The position numbers were made by a program, and so were the translations under genes. Source: the human T2T-CHM13v2.0 reference genome, Homo sapiens. Taken from it: 64,000 bases of DNA. Shown here piece by piece: positions 45,629 through 57,742 of the stretch; within the stretch, counting starts at the first letter, position 1; each line of letters starts with the position of its first letter. Location: assembly GCF_009914755.1 (NCBI RefSeq), contig NC_060947.1. One strand, 5' to 3'. The notes under the pieces were generated by a model. That model was not told the origin of the DNA. It was given only the letters and a program-made list of their open reading frames with translations, and did no database searches.

Positions 45629-48600
45629 AATGCTCAGTGCCATTCATTCTTGCCTGCCTATCTCTGGTTCCCCACAGGATGCCTGACATGTAGGGATCAC
45701 TCAAAAATTGAATTCAATGCATGCCTATGAAGTGAAAGGAATTCTATAGCCACTAGACTGAGGTCTACTCCCAACTCTGCATTTAACTCTCTGTGTGACC
45801 CCAGACAAATCCCTTCAACTTGCTAAGCCTCAGAGGCTCCTCCCTAAAATGCAGGGCAAGTTACCATCTCAGGCATCCTCCCAGTCTGAGGTTCCGTGGT
45901 TCCATGAATTAGGCAACCCATGCAAGGGAGCCTGGGTGTGGAACAGAGAAACTCCTGCAGAAATCTAGATAAAGACCAAGACACCCACCCAGAGGCTCAG
46001 AACTGGCCAGAGGCATGCCCCCCAGCACATGTCACTCCACAGATCCACTGAGAGCCTCCCAGAAGTCAGGCTCCCTGCTAGACCATGAGAATACAAAAAT
46101 GAACAAGATCCCACAACCTACTCACGTGGCTGGGGGCATCAGCTCCGTGAATAGGTAATGGTGCAACACAATGACCCTACTCCTTGGAAAGCTGAATTAA
46201 AATCTAAGTGGAAACAAAATTTCAGTGTTGGGGATTGAAAGGAATTGGAGCCTTGATCTGACTAACACTGAGTCAGTACCAACATGTCTGTCAGAGTTCC
46301 TATAAGGAATTGCCACTTTGTGGGCAGAATCTCAGGAGGTGGAGGATGTAGCCGCTCCACCGCTTCCTCACCACTCCACAATGGGCCTGCCAAACCTTGG
46401 CTTAATTCTCACCCTGTGGCCCTAATTTAACCGTGTTTGCGAACAATCTTGGATCACTGGGATTGGCAGGGTCATTCAGCTCAGCCACCCACACAATAAG
46501 CGGCAGGCGAGCGTCATCCATTAGCAGATCATGGGGTGTAATCAGCATTGAGGAGATTCTCATTAAGTACTACTGGATGTACATTGCAAACAGCTAGTGA
46601 TAGCAGGGGAAATGAGCTGCTAGTACATGTGACTACACTACAGGTCACTGTAAGAGTGGGACAGAAGAAATATTGCAATGATATTTCAAGGCCAAGGCAG
46701 AAAGTCTGTCCCCAGATTCTATGTTTGGATCTATTACTCAGAAGAAAGTTTGAAAATCATTATGCTCAATTTACAACCCCAAACCTCTGGGATAATCCAA
46801 GCCATTATGTCCAAACCCATTTATCTTCTCCCTGGAGAACAATGCATAAAGAAGCATCCATTGTGAGCTAAGGATTACGGGTGAGTGAATCATTCAGCTC
46901 GGGAATGAGTACTCCAGAGGTTTCTGAGGTCAGAATGTGCCAGACACCCGTAAGATCCAGGTGCTACCAATTATCATCTGGAAAACTTGGGAGCTTAGCA
47001 GTGCTACCAAGGACTTTTCTCTTGCACAAGCTTTTCCTCTAAATCTTTATCTGCACATCCTGCCCCCAGAACTCCCTTGAGTTTCTAAGTCTCTTAGAAT
47101 GTCTTACGGTGATTTGACATCCAAGAGCCTTCGCAATTAACTATGCCCTGATTCGTTGCCTGTCCAAATGGACAAATTTCCTTTGACATTTAGCTATCTT
47201 GCAATCCGTTTTCTCAGGAAAGTGTCATCTTGGAAATTCTGGTTAAATCCTACAGGGGAGATTTGAAATGGAATACTTTGATTCACAATTACTTCAATCA
47301 ATTAATCCACAAATACTGACTAAAGATCCTCCCCCAAGTCACACTGTGTACTAAGTGGGGCAGGGGGGTACAGCAAGTTACCAGCCCAGGCCTGAAGGCA
47401 ATTACAATTTACGATTACATCTGTTTTGCTTGGTACTGCTTTTTAAATGAAAATAACTGGAAACTATACAGCTGGCTGTAACTGGAAAGGCCACCTGCTC
47501 ACTGGTTCAATCAAAGTTTACCTACTGTGGTAATTTCATCTTACTCTGTATGTTGATTTTTCTGCCCATTAAGTGCATATTTTCTCATAGAATTCATGAA
47601 GGTGCTCTAGTAACTAGTGGTTTTGAATCGGGATAGAGCCGTCTCCCCAGAAAAAGGACACTCACACAGATTTTTGTCTCCAATTTCAAAACATTCTTAG
47701 AGAAGCCCACACATCCTCTACTTTCACTTTTCTTGGGCCTTTAGTGCCACCATCTCCGCACCAGCAAGTCTCAGCATCATTCTTCAATAACCAATTCCAG
47801 TGTTCCCACATAGCTCCTCTCTGTGCTCCCCGGGCCTGTCAATCCAATTGTATTATAACATTGACCACCTGAAATAACTATGTCTCTATTTCCCCACAAG
47901 ACAGAAAGCTACGAGAGAGAAGAAATTGCATACCTTCTTCATCGTGGTCTCCCAAGCACATAAATGCTTCATCATTCAGTGTTCACTTTAAAAATAAGTC
48001 TCTGGGCAGAGCCCAGGATTTATTAGAAAAGGTAGAAACTGATTCTATTTCAGAACTAAACCCAAATTTCCCAGAGATTCAGGCTTAAAAGACCACCCTC
48101 CTAAAACAAATGGCCCATAAAAGTTAGCAGTTAAGACATCACACAGTCAAGAACTGAGGGGCTGGTTTGAGAAACTCCCTATGAATTGGAAGTTGGGAGA
48201 GGTTATTATTCACGCTGCTATTTTGGAAGCGAATCTCTAACCTGGGCATTAATCATAACTTGCCTGCTACAAATTTCATACTATGTTATAGCCTGGCAAA
48301 ACTAAACCTTCTTCTGTTCAAATTCTCTCTTCACTTTCAATTACTAATTTCAGTTGTGTTCTCTGAAAGGGGAATTGACGTAGCACACATATTTGCGTTT
48401 ACTAAGGAAACCATTCAACCACTTGGGAAAGGCACAGATCAAGGTGGCCAACAAAAATAATAAATGCAAACTCCAGCTTGCGGTTGCAGTCAGTCTCTCA
48501 TCTTACAGCCCCCAACAGAGAAGGTTATTGCTTAAACAGAGAGTGTCCGTATATTTAAAAGGAACCTCTGTATCCAGTAAGCCATCGTTTCTATGTATGT

Positions 48601-48689
48601 AGATTCATGGTGGCACAAAGCCCTGTGTACCTGTGCACATGTTTCCCTCAGCTCCTTTCCTGTCCAATGGCCCATCACTGGAGTTACAG

Positions 48690-49400
48690 GCACTGTTAAT
48701 CCATTACGCACAAATATCCATGTGGCACAAAGTGCTCTGCTAGGCACCGTGGGAAATACAAATAAGGGTAAGACATAGCACGGCCCCTGCCTCCAAGGTC
48801 TTAAAATCTACAAGAAGAAGAGTGCATAAATTATGATAATATACAGCATTATCAAATATGTGATATATGTGATAAATATAAGAGACATGAGTGAGACCAT
48901 GGGTGTTAAAAGGAAGGCACGTTGCTTCCCATTGGAGCGATCAAGAAAAGGTCTCATCAAAGTGGGGGTGTTGCTGGATGATGGGCAGAATTTGGACAAA
49001 TGGCAAGGGGGAAGGATTCCAGGTACAGAAAGCAGCATCTGCCAAGAAGGAAAATGTGACTCAGGTTCTATAAGGATAGGATTTTAGGAAACCAGGGGGA
49101 AAAGACTGGAAAATTAGGCTAGAAGCAAACTGTGTAGCCCCCTAAAAACAACTGAGAACTTTTTACTTGAGTGAGAACAGGGACCTGCTGCCCTAAGTTT
49201 TTGAGTAAGGGAGTGATGTGATAAAAAACAGTACTAAAGTCAATGGACTTAAAAGACCATTATCTAAAGTGAGAAAGTAAAATGAGCTAGAATTAGAGAG
49301 ACCAAAAGTGAGAATGTTATAGCAATAATCTAAAAGAGAAAAGCAGCACTTTGGTTATGGTACGAGGACTGATGAGGTGGGAAGATGTGAAGACGCTGCT
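48690..49400. mobile_element. L2 fragment
   Basis: gtgctctgctaggcaccgtgggaaatac...ggcccctgcctccaagg and ttttgagtaagggagtgatgtgat resemble L2. Confidence 0.55.
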
Positions 49401-52293
49401 TTAACAATGGTTTCTGGTGTCTCATTCAGCTCCCAAATCTGCGAAATGAGTAGTAACTAACAAACAACATTGTACTGTACTGAAAGTGTTATCAATGAAG
49501 AAAATGCCAGAGGAAAATGACCTGCTCTCCCCAGCATATTTCCTTTTCATTGCAGAGTACTTTTGTCAGCTGATTACATGTTTTAAATCTAAATAGGAAT
49601 TCCTAGCCTGTTCCCGGTGACACCTTAATTATATAACCTGAGCTAGGTGCTCCATTCCTAGTACTTATCTCCAAATGTGGTATTTCAAAAGACTGCTTCA
49701 GCTGATGTAGTCTGGTTTGGCTTTTAGCAAACCTCACTTGGTTTTCCTGACTAGTAAAACCACGCTACTTTACCAGTTTTCTCCAGATGTAAGATTCACG
49801 AAGCCTTTCTTAGAGGCCATGGTACTCATTCTCCATCTTCAGCCTTGTTTGCAGAAGGAGGCAGAGTGAACCACCACTATCTCACATGCAAATACAGCTC
49901 TAAGAATTATTTTAAGAACAGAATCTAAATTCTCATCTGTTATAAGCATACAAACACAGTCAAACACAAACAACTTTTCTACAAATTTTCCATACACTTC
50001 ATGTAGGTTTTTATAGACACTGCATCTTTGCTAGGCTGCAAAAAATAGATCAGAGAGCCAGAAAAGCTGCATTAAATTCTAAGATGGAAGAACTCCAGAG
50101 ACCTTCTAGGAGTGGGAATGAGAATGATTTACTCTCACTCTGACAGATGTGCTATTCACGTGCAGATAGTTACATAATCGACTTGCTGATGGAGCCCTAG
50201 ATCTCCATCTTCTTTCAGAAGTTCCAGATTCAAGTCCTTCACTTTCTCTCTTACTGAAGATATGATGTCCACTTGCTAAGAGAGTGTCTCTGAAATGATC
50301 TTTAAAATTTGTCACCCAGCACTTAGAGTGAACTCAGCCTATGTGATTTGCTTTCAGACCCAAGGGCCTAGAGATTTTCCCCTCCCCAGCCTTCCAAAGC
50401 CTCTGGCTTGGACTGAAATCCCCTCCTCTGGATCTCACAACCTCAGCGGAGCACACTTCCCAAGAGACCCCATTGAGCCATGCCAAAAGGAGGCTCAAGA
50501 GGAGTGTTTATCAAGCAGCTCCAATCAGCTTCAGCTCATTTGTGGTCTGAGCAGAGCCGGAGGGCAGGTTAGGAGTCAGTGGAGGTGGTGGCAAGCAGGA
50601 ACATGGTGGCTAAAAGTTGGGAGCAGCTTGCAGGCTGGCAGAGGGAGCCAGGAAAGCCAGGGATAGGTCCCAAAAGACAGGTGGTAGTGAATGCCCAAAC
50701 TGGCGAACTCATGATTCTGTGGCTGGGCCCTGGTAGCAAGCTGTACTATATAAAGGTGGAAGATGAGAGAAAGGAGAGGGGAGGGCAGGGGAGGAGAACG
50801 GAGGGAGGTCGGATGGAAAAGGAGAAGGGGTCCCCAGCTTGAGAAAGGCTCAACTAAAAGTTGAGGTTCCCAGGCAGCTCACAGGCACCTCCCAACTCAG
50901 TGCGGAAAAGCTACCTCTAGCTTCTCACCTTATTTGCCCGCTCCCAGAAAGCTGCTTCTGGGACGCTTAATGACTTCCTCTTCCCCTACAGGTTCATTTT
51001 AACCTGATTCCTGCTAAAGGGGGTGGGAGAGGAGGTATTAACACACCATGGGAATAACAGTTGCCTGGCAGTAAGGATAAAATTTCCTTTCCACTTTACC
51101 CTGAATCAGTTCCTACAAAGCAGCTTAAAACTTAAGAGTCAGCTCAAAACACAAATGTTCCTGTTTATTAATTTACAAATTTGTTCTATTCATTCATTTA
51201 TTTAGGTGCGTGCAGAGAATTTCCCGCAGCCATCCCTACATCTCCCAAGCACACTGCTAGAAAGATGGGCATCCTCTATCCTTCTACCAGAACTCAGTAG
51301 GTTCATTTCTCATACCCTAGATTTAAGCTGCCCACGGTGTTGAACGCAGAGCCAAATATTTGCACGCCCTATAGCCGACGTCACCCACTTTCCCATTAAC
51401 ACTAAATTAAAACGCATCCATGGATTTCCTCTCCATTCCGAGGCAACAGGAGTGCATGGCACATTGCCCTACTCCCCTGAAGCTCTTCGCTAACCTAAGA
51501 CTCCAGGGTGAGGAAGTTAGCTGGAGCTTTTTAAAGTGCATCTCCAAAGAGAATTTTGCTCACACCATGAGAGCCCCCAAGAAACACCAGGGCCCCCTTA
51601 GATGCCGGAGACCACGCCCTCCAGGAATAAGCCGCACCCTCTGCCCAGCAGATCCTTGCGCGAGTAGCCCTCTTTCCCTGGGGCTAATCAAGTGCATGCC
51701 ACATGTCACCACTCTCAGCTGGCAATTCTTCCTCAGAGGCGCAGACTTTCTCGGAATCCCCAGCAGGGGGGGTTAAGAGATTCAGGGGAGGCCCCGCCCG
51801 TGCCTTCCACAAAAGTCGCTTTACCGTGGCTCGTGTCCTGCGGCCCCAAGGGGGTAGCCTGGGACGTGTAGTGGGAGGGCATAGAGGCTCCTTCCAGGAC
51901 AAGCTGCCAGCCTCCAGTGGGCAACCATGTGAGAGGCAAAATTCTGGGGGTGAGAAAGTAGCAAACTAGTCTGCGGCCAAACTTTCTCTGTGGAGCCTCC
52001 TACACCGAAAAGGGTTTGATTGGAACTCTGGAAGCCCGGACGCAGAAGGTGCTAGGGCTCCCGTCGCCGCGAGGGCGCCCCGCGCCTGGAGATGGGATGG
52101 TCAGTTCTTCCCGGCGCGTGCCCAGACACCAGCCCCGATCCGCATCATCCCCACCCTCGGGCTGCGAAAGAGGAGTTCTGCGCAAACAAAGGGCGCCCCC
52201 GGCACCTCCCTCTATCCCGAGCGAAGGGTCCCAACGGCGACTCCGGGGGTCTTTGGTGCCCAGCTGAGGAGGCAGCCACGCCTCCGATCCTAC

Positions 52294-52390
52294 CTGGGAA
52301 GCTGCGGCTGGGCGGGACGCGCAGCAGCAGCAGCAGCAGCAGAGGCGGCAGCAGCAGCAGCAGCGCGGGCCGATGTGCGGGGCTCCCCAT
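52294..52390 (-). CDS. SRPX: SRPX coding exon 1 (97 nt), signal peptide MGSPAHRPALLLLLPPLLLLLLLRVPPSRSFP-G
   Basis: ATG in strong Kozak context (gccATGG) inside a CpG island; hydrophobic leader recognised as the SRPX N-terminus; donor CCAG|GTAGGA; 32 codons + 1 nt (phase 1). Confidence 0.97.
52322..52363 (-). repeat. SRPX: (CTG)5 CCG CCT (CTG)7 coding repeat (poly-Leu in the signal peptide)
   Basis: Read directly as gcagcagcag... on the + strand. Confidence 0.95.
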
Positions 52391-54162
52391 GGCGAGCGGG
52401 CGCTTAGCTCGCCTCGGCAGCGCAGCGCGCTTCCCGGGGGCGGCAGGAGACCGAAGAGACCAAGGGACTGCGTGCTAGCGGGCGGGCGAAGGCCGGGCTG
52501 GAAAACTCCTCCTCTCGCCTCTTTCCCTCCCTCCTTCCTGCCTGGGGCCTGCCCTCCTTTCTCCGCCCCCCCTGGAACACTGCGCGGTTCGGGGCTCTGA
52601 CCCACCCACCTCCTCCTTTTGTGCCAGCGCTTTTTCTGGCCAGAGAGCGCTGGAGACAAGCCCCAGCAGAGCGAAATATCCTGAAGTAGCTTTCTTTGCC
52701 CCAATTTGCGCGCCCCCTCACCCGGAATACACACACGGTATTCAATACAACCGCCTCGAACATCCCAGACGTCTAGAAGGATACCATCTGTGCAGAAAGC
52801 TGCGTGAGTCACACGGAAACAGAAGGGGCAACCGAGGGGATTCAGAGTGGCCCACTGCGGCCGGATACTATGGCCATGTTCTCTGTTTTGATCCTCACGA
52901 CCATGCCCCAAGTTCGCTATTACCATGTCCACTTTCTCCAATAAGACACCGACGCTTAGAAACTTGCCCAGATTCACCCCCGTTACTGGCAGAGCAGGGA
53001 CTGGAACTTAGGTGTGTAGTTCTGCCGACGTCAAAGTCCATACTACAGATTTTTTGTTAGTTTGTTTCTCTTTTGCAAAGGAATAAATCAAGGACTGGAC
53101 CGGGTGCGTGCCTGCTCTGCTGCGGTTTAGGATGGGGCTTGAGGTTCTCCTTCCAGGATCAGCTGATGGGAGAGCACAAGGCACAGAAAGTTCTCTGTCT
53201 CACCCACAGCCATGGGGATCCAGCTGTAGGTTCCTGCAGCCAGATTTCCTCATTTCCTGGGTTGTTCTCAACCACCCCAAAGATACCACGACCAGACTGG
53301 AGCCTCTTCCCTGTGGCTTGGCATCGCTGGATCCTGGCATCAGGACAGGGTTTCTAGGCTGCCCGCAGGACGGATCTGGTTTCTTTGAGGCATTTGAGTA
53401 AGCCTCTCATAGTTTTGTTTGTTTGTTTGTTGTTTTGGTTGTTTAGTTCTTGTTAAATCAGTAAGGCAATACGTTGCCCCTTTGCTGTCTCAGAAAGATC
53501 TTAGCTAAGGCAAATTTTAGTTGGAGTTGCTGCATTAGGTTGTGCAGTTTGGGCACTGTACAAAGGCATCCAGAGGAAGGGGCAAGTGGGAGCCAAAATC
53601 CAAATGCCTTTGGGTTCAGGGAGCTTTGCGTCTTGGCAGGGGCCACATCCACTAGAAGGGCATCTTTCTCTCTGCCACAGTAGTCTGGTCTGATAGCTAG
53701 GCTAAGAGCCCTGGGGGCACTCACCTAGAAGTTCTGAATTTGTTTATCCAGAAGGAGTGCCATTTCCCAATTCTCACAAAAGCCCCAGACTTGAACGTCC
53801 ATCTTACCCTCTCTAGCACTTGGGGGGACTTCGCTCCATCTCCTGTGGGTTTCTCCACTGCTGCTACCTCTTCAGGGAACCAACAACCCTTAAATAACCC
53901 CCTAGTCGCAAGGAAATGGGGGAGGTCAGTCTATTCTGTGGCCTCCATCAGACCAGACTTTCCAGGGAGTCATTCTCAACCTTGTTTATGTGGGTCACCT
54001 GGGGAGCTTCATGAAAATACCATATCCAGGCTCTACCTCACACTAATAAAATCAGAATCTTTAGGAATGTGACCTGGAGTTTGACCAGATGCATATTTTT
54101 GTCTCTCCCCAATCCGCTAAGCTCCACGGTATAAGTTTTAGTATAGGATAAAAATTCTAGAC

Positions 54163-54380
54163 CAGGAGTTTCTCAACTTGGGCACTATTGATATTTGGGG
54201 CTAGATGATTCTTTCTTGGGGAGGGGGACTGCCTTGCACGTTGAGAGATGCATCGATGGCCTCTATGCAACAGATACCACTAGCAATCCCCCTTTCCCCA
54301 GTTATGGCAGCCAAAAAAATGTCTCCAGACATTGCCAAATGTCCCCCAGGGGAAAAATGCCCCCAATAGAGAACTACTTC
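54163..54380. mobile_element. MER20
   Basis: gtttctcaactt.ggcactattgatatttgggg...aaaaatgtctccagacattgccaaatgtcccc...gagaactact. Confidence 0.85.
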
Positions 54381-54676
54381 TTTAGGTCTGTAAACAAGGG
54401 TTAATGTGCACCCCAAATTCCAGGTCCAGGATAGCCTGGCCAGCAGCCTTCCTTTCCTATGTCACCTCTGAAGCAATGTGTCTTCACCACAACCAGTATA
54501 CATTCTATTACTGGGCTGAGAAGGAACTTCTAGCTCACTTCTATCCACTGATTCTGGCTGGATTACAAGAAACACCACACTTACTGTTGACTTGCTCTCT
54601 GGCCTTTGAATGTCCTCACCACAAAGAAAGAAATCAGAAATGGATGAGGTGATGGTCACGCAAAATACTGACTTGA

Positions 54677-54953
54677 CGCTTGGTGCAGTGGCTCATGATT
54701 GTAATCCCAGCACTTTGGGAGGCCAAGGTAGGCGGATCACTTGAGGTCAAGAGTTTGAGACCAGCCTGGCCAATATAGTGAAACCCCATCTCTACTAAAA
54801 ATACAAAAATTAGCCGGGAGTGGTGGCACACACCTGTAGTCCCAGCTACTCGGGAGGCCAAGGCAGGAGAATCACTTGAACCTGGGAGGCAGAGGTTGTG
54901 CCACTGCACTCCAGACTGGGCAACAGAGCTAGACTCCATCTCAAAAAAAAAAA
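54677..54953 (+). mobile_element. AluS with ~16-bp right-arm deletion
   Basis: 15-bp TSD aaaatactgacttga; gaggttg|tgccactg lacks cagtgagccgagatcg. Confidence 0.9.
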
Positions 54954-54964
54954 TACTGACTTGA

Positions 54965-55215
54965 TTTTTTCTTTTTCTTTTTCTTTTCTTTCTTTCTTTT
55001 TTTTTTTTTTCTTTGACAGGGTCTTATTCTGAATTTGAATTTGTTTATCCAGAAGGAGTGCTGTTTCCTGGCTGGAGTGCAGTGGCATGATCATAGCTCA
55101 TTGCAGCCTCAAACACCTGTGCTCAAGCAATTCTCCTGCCTCAGCTTCCTGAGTAGCTAGGACTACAAGCATGTGCCACCATGGCCAGCTAAGTGTTTTT
55201 TGTAGATATGGGGGT
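54965..55215 (-). mobile_element. AluJ right arm carrying a foreign insertion at 55027-55068
   Basis: Poly-T, gacagggtctt, [insert], gctggagtgcagtggcatgatcatagctca. Confidence 0.85.
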
Positions 55216-55489
55216 CCCATAAATATGTACATTTACAATGTGTCCATTAAAAAAATAAACAAAAATAAAAGACTTGAAGAAACATCTCTATATAATGTTT
55301 ACAGAGAAAAATAACATTTGTTGTTTTCATTGTGCAAGGATATCTTGAAGGACAGATCCAAGTTCAGTTGCCTCTTGTATCAATAAATCGAAATAACCCT
55401 TTCATTTTTACCTAACAAAGATAAAGGGGAGAGAACAAGGTGGTATTCTTACCTAGTGGGAATACTAAAAGGAATGCCATTGTTGTCAA

Positions 55490-56110
55490 AATGTATAAGG
55501 TATATAAATCACGTGGGTTAGAGTAATAGGGAACACAATTAGATATAATATTGGGAAACCATTATTTTTCCTTGACAAGCTTGAAGTATTCGATATAAAC
55601 CCTTGGAAGAACTAATATGAACATGAAAAAATAAAATAAGAGCCTGGAATGAGGAAAAAAAGTCTCTTGCTCTCTTTTCTACCCTATAGAGAAAATTCCA
55701 ATGGGACTTTTATTTTTCTTATTATTTTTATTCCAGTTTTCTCTCTGATAGAAGAGATGAGGGTAGAGGTAAGGTAGAGGAAGAGGTTGTCAATTCATCC
55801 CAATCCCACAATATCTTGGAAGACAATCAGATAGTTAAATAGATTCATAATCTGTCAAATAACTTAAGGGTTAATGAGTTGATGAAAACAAAGAGAAGTC
55901 ACTCAGGGAGTGCCACAGAGCTATGACACCATTCCTATCCTGCTTGATGTTACTATTTATGAACTAGAAAAAGATATTTTTGGCAAAGGACATGAAGATA
56001 GGAGGGCAAGAAACAGATTCCAAACATCTCTCTAGGCAGGCATGCTGTATTGAAACATTAAAAGACAGCAAGGATAAATATGATGTCCTATGTTAGATCT
56101 CAAAAACCAA
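55490..56110 (+). mobile_element. CR1/L3-like RT remnant (similar pieces at ~27450-27850)
   Basis: ggagtgccacag encodes GVPQ, a LINE RT motif, in highly degenerate context. Confidence 0.45.
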
Positions 56111-57092
56111 TCACACATGAAGAATCTAAGAATCACTAGAAAGCCAAGTAGTCTCCCCACTGCATCAGGCTCATCTGTGCAAAGAAGTGTTTATAAGGTT
56201 TTATTCAGCATTGCTCATAGTAACAAAAGGTTGGTGACATTTTTGTAAATGTAAATATCCATTAATGGGGAATTATTTTATTAATTATGCATACCTATGT
56301 AACGAAATACTATGTGGCCATTAAAAAGAATGAACAAGATGCATATGCATCAGTAGGAAAGGTAGTCTCACATATTTTGTTTAATGAAATAACAAGCAAA
56401 ATAATACACATATCTTGCTACCATTTGTGGTATGGGGAAGGCATGATACTGTATCAGGGTATGGGGAAGTCAGTAGGAGAAATAATTTTTTATTACTGTA
56501 CAATCCTTTGTACTGTTTAAATATGTAAGCATGTAATGATATTTCTTATTTAAATTAAACAGATCATTGAAAATGTTTTCTTAAAAAAAAAAATCACACC
56601 GATACAGAGTAGGAGTTGCCAGTAGTGGCTTCACAGTACAACCTACGACAGTGCAATCTATTTGCCTATAAGCTAAGTCTCCAAGGCACCTCAGGTGCAT
56701 GCAGACAGTGTCTGTCTTGTCATCTGAAGCATTCCTGAGTACTGGGCAAAGTACCAGAGGTGAGAAGAAGAGAACACAGACATCAAAGTCTGGCAGGAGG
56801 AGGGAGGTATCTTTCCACTCTGTGCAGTGTTGAGGAGGTTGTAGTCAACAAAACAGTCTTGTCCCCTGAGTCAGAGCAGAGTGAGCCCCAGGAGACAAGG
56901 AAGGAAAAGGATTCTCAAGAGTCACCTCCCTGCCCCCAACTTTCTTCCTTGAGCTTGTCGACTCAGAGACAGCATTGAAAGAGACCCTGGCAGCCATCTA
57001 CGTACTGCAGGAGAGGTATTTTCTAAGAATCAAAGCCCCGTTATGCCCCTCCCATTTTCCCATGCCTCCTCATTCTCCCAGCCCTCTCAAGC

Positions 57093-57742
57093 TGTTGCCG
57101 GAAAAGGGATCCCCAAGAATGGGTTCTTGGATCTTCAGCAGGAAAGAGTTAAAAGGAAGTCGCAGAGTACAGTGAGAAGAGACAGTTTATAAAAAGCTAC
57201 TCAGTTACAGATTAGGGTGTCCTCAGAAATCAAGAAGAGGAATGCCTCATCTTTGTTTTAAGTTTTTCTTGTTTAGGGGTCTTATCTATGTAAAAGCTAA
57301 GCTAAGTTATGTCTACATGTGGGTGGGCTGAAAGTATGACAAAATGTATTACTTCGCTGATTTAAATAAAACTATCCTTGGCACTTAGGATGCCAAGGAT
57401 AAATACATCTTAAATAAATACATCATAATTGGCATAAATACACCAAAGCAATACTATAAATACATAAAAGCATAAATAAATAAATACATCATAATTGACA
57501 TAAGTACATTAAAGCATAACTATAATGAACTTGAAATCATATACTGTTATGGATATTGGGACATAGGGATACTCTGTTGCTGTAGGAATATGTCCTTGCA
57601 GATATCATTAAGCTGTTTCTTTAAATATAAACATGACCATGGGTCATGACTGGCAAGGAATGTGCCTTGTTAGTCTCAAGATGGAGGTTAACTTAAAATG
57701 GCATTAGTCTGGCTTTCCTACTCTACTTCTGCTTCCCTAATA
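57093..57742 (-). mobile_element. ERV1 solo LTR (LTR26/MER41-group-like)
   Basis: + strand starts tgttgccggaaaagggatccccaagaatgggttcttggatct and ends ctgcttccctaata; imperfect internal duplication at ~57400-57525. Confidence 0.75.

Larger units (their letters stand above)
51950..52900. promoter_or_regulatory. SRPX: CpG island / SRPX promoter and 5' UTR
   Basis: Sharp rise in GC and CpG content around exon 1; GC-box-like motifs; AP-1 consensus TGAGTCA at 52805-52811. The exact TSS cannot be read from sequence. Confidence 0.85.

Noticed and set aside
52016-52600. Plus-strand ORFs (83, 128 and 75 aa, one with poly-Ser)
   Set aside because: Antisense shadows of GC-rich exon 1 with no domain-like content
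52000-52977. 325-aa minus-strand ORF with poly-Cys
   Set aside because: Starts at GTG and is an alternative frame over the stop-poor CpG island; the poly-Cys is the SRPX CTG repeat read out of frame
57400-57526. Repeated taaatacat units resembling a short array
   Set aside because: Imperfect tandem duplication within an LTR; no constant repeat with unique spacers, so not CRISPR-like
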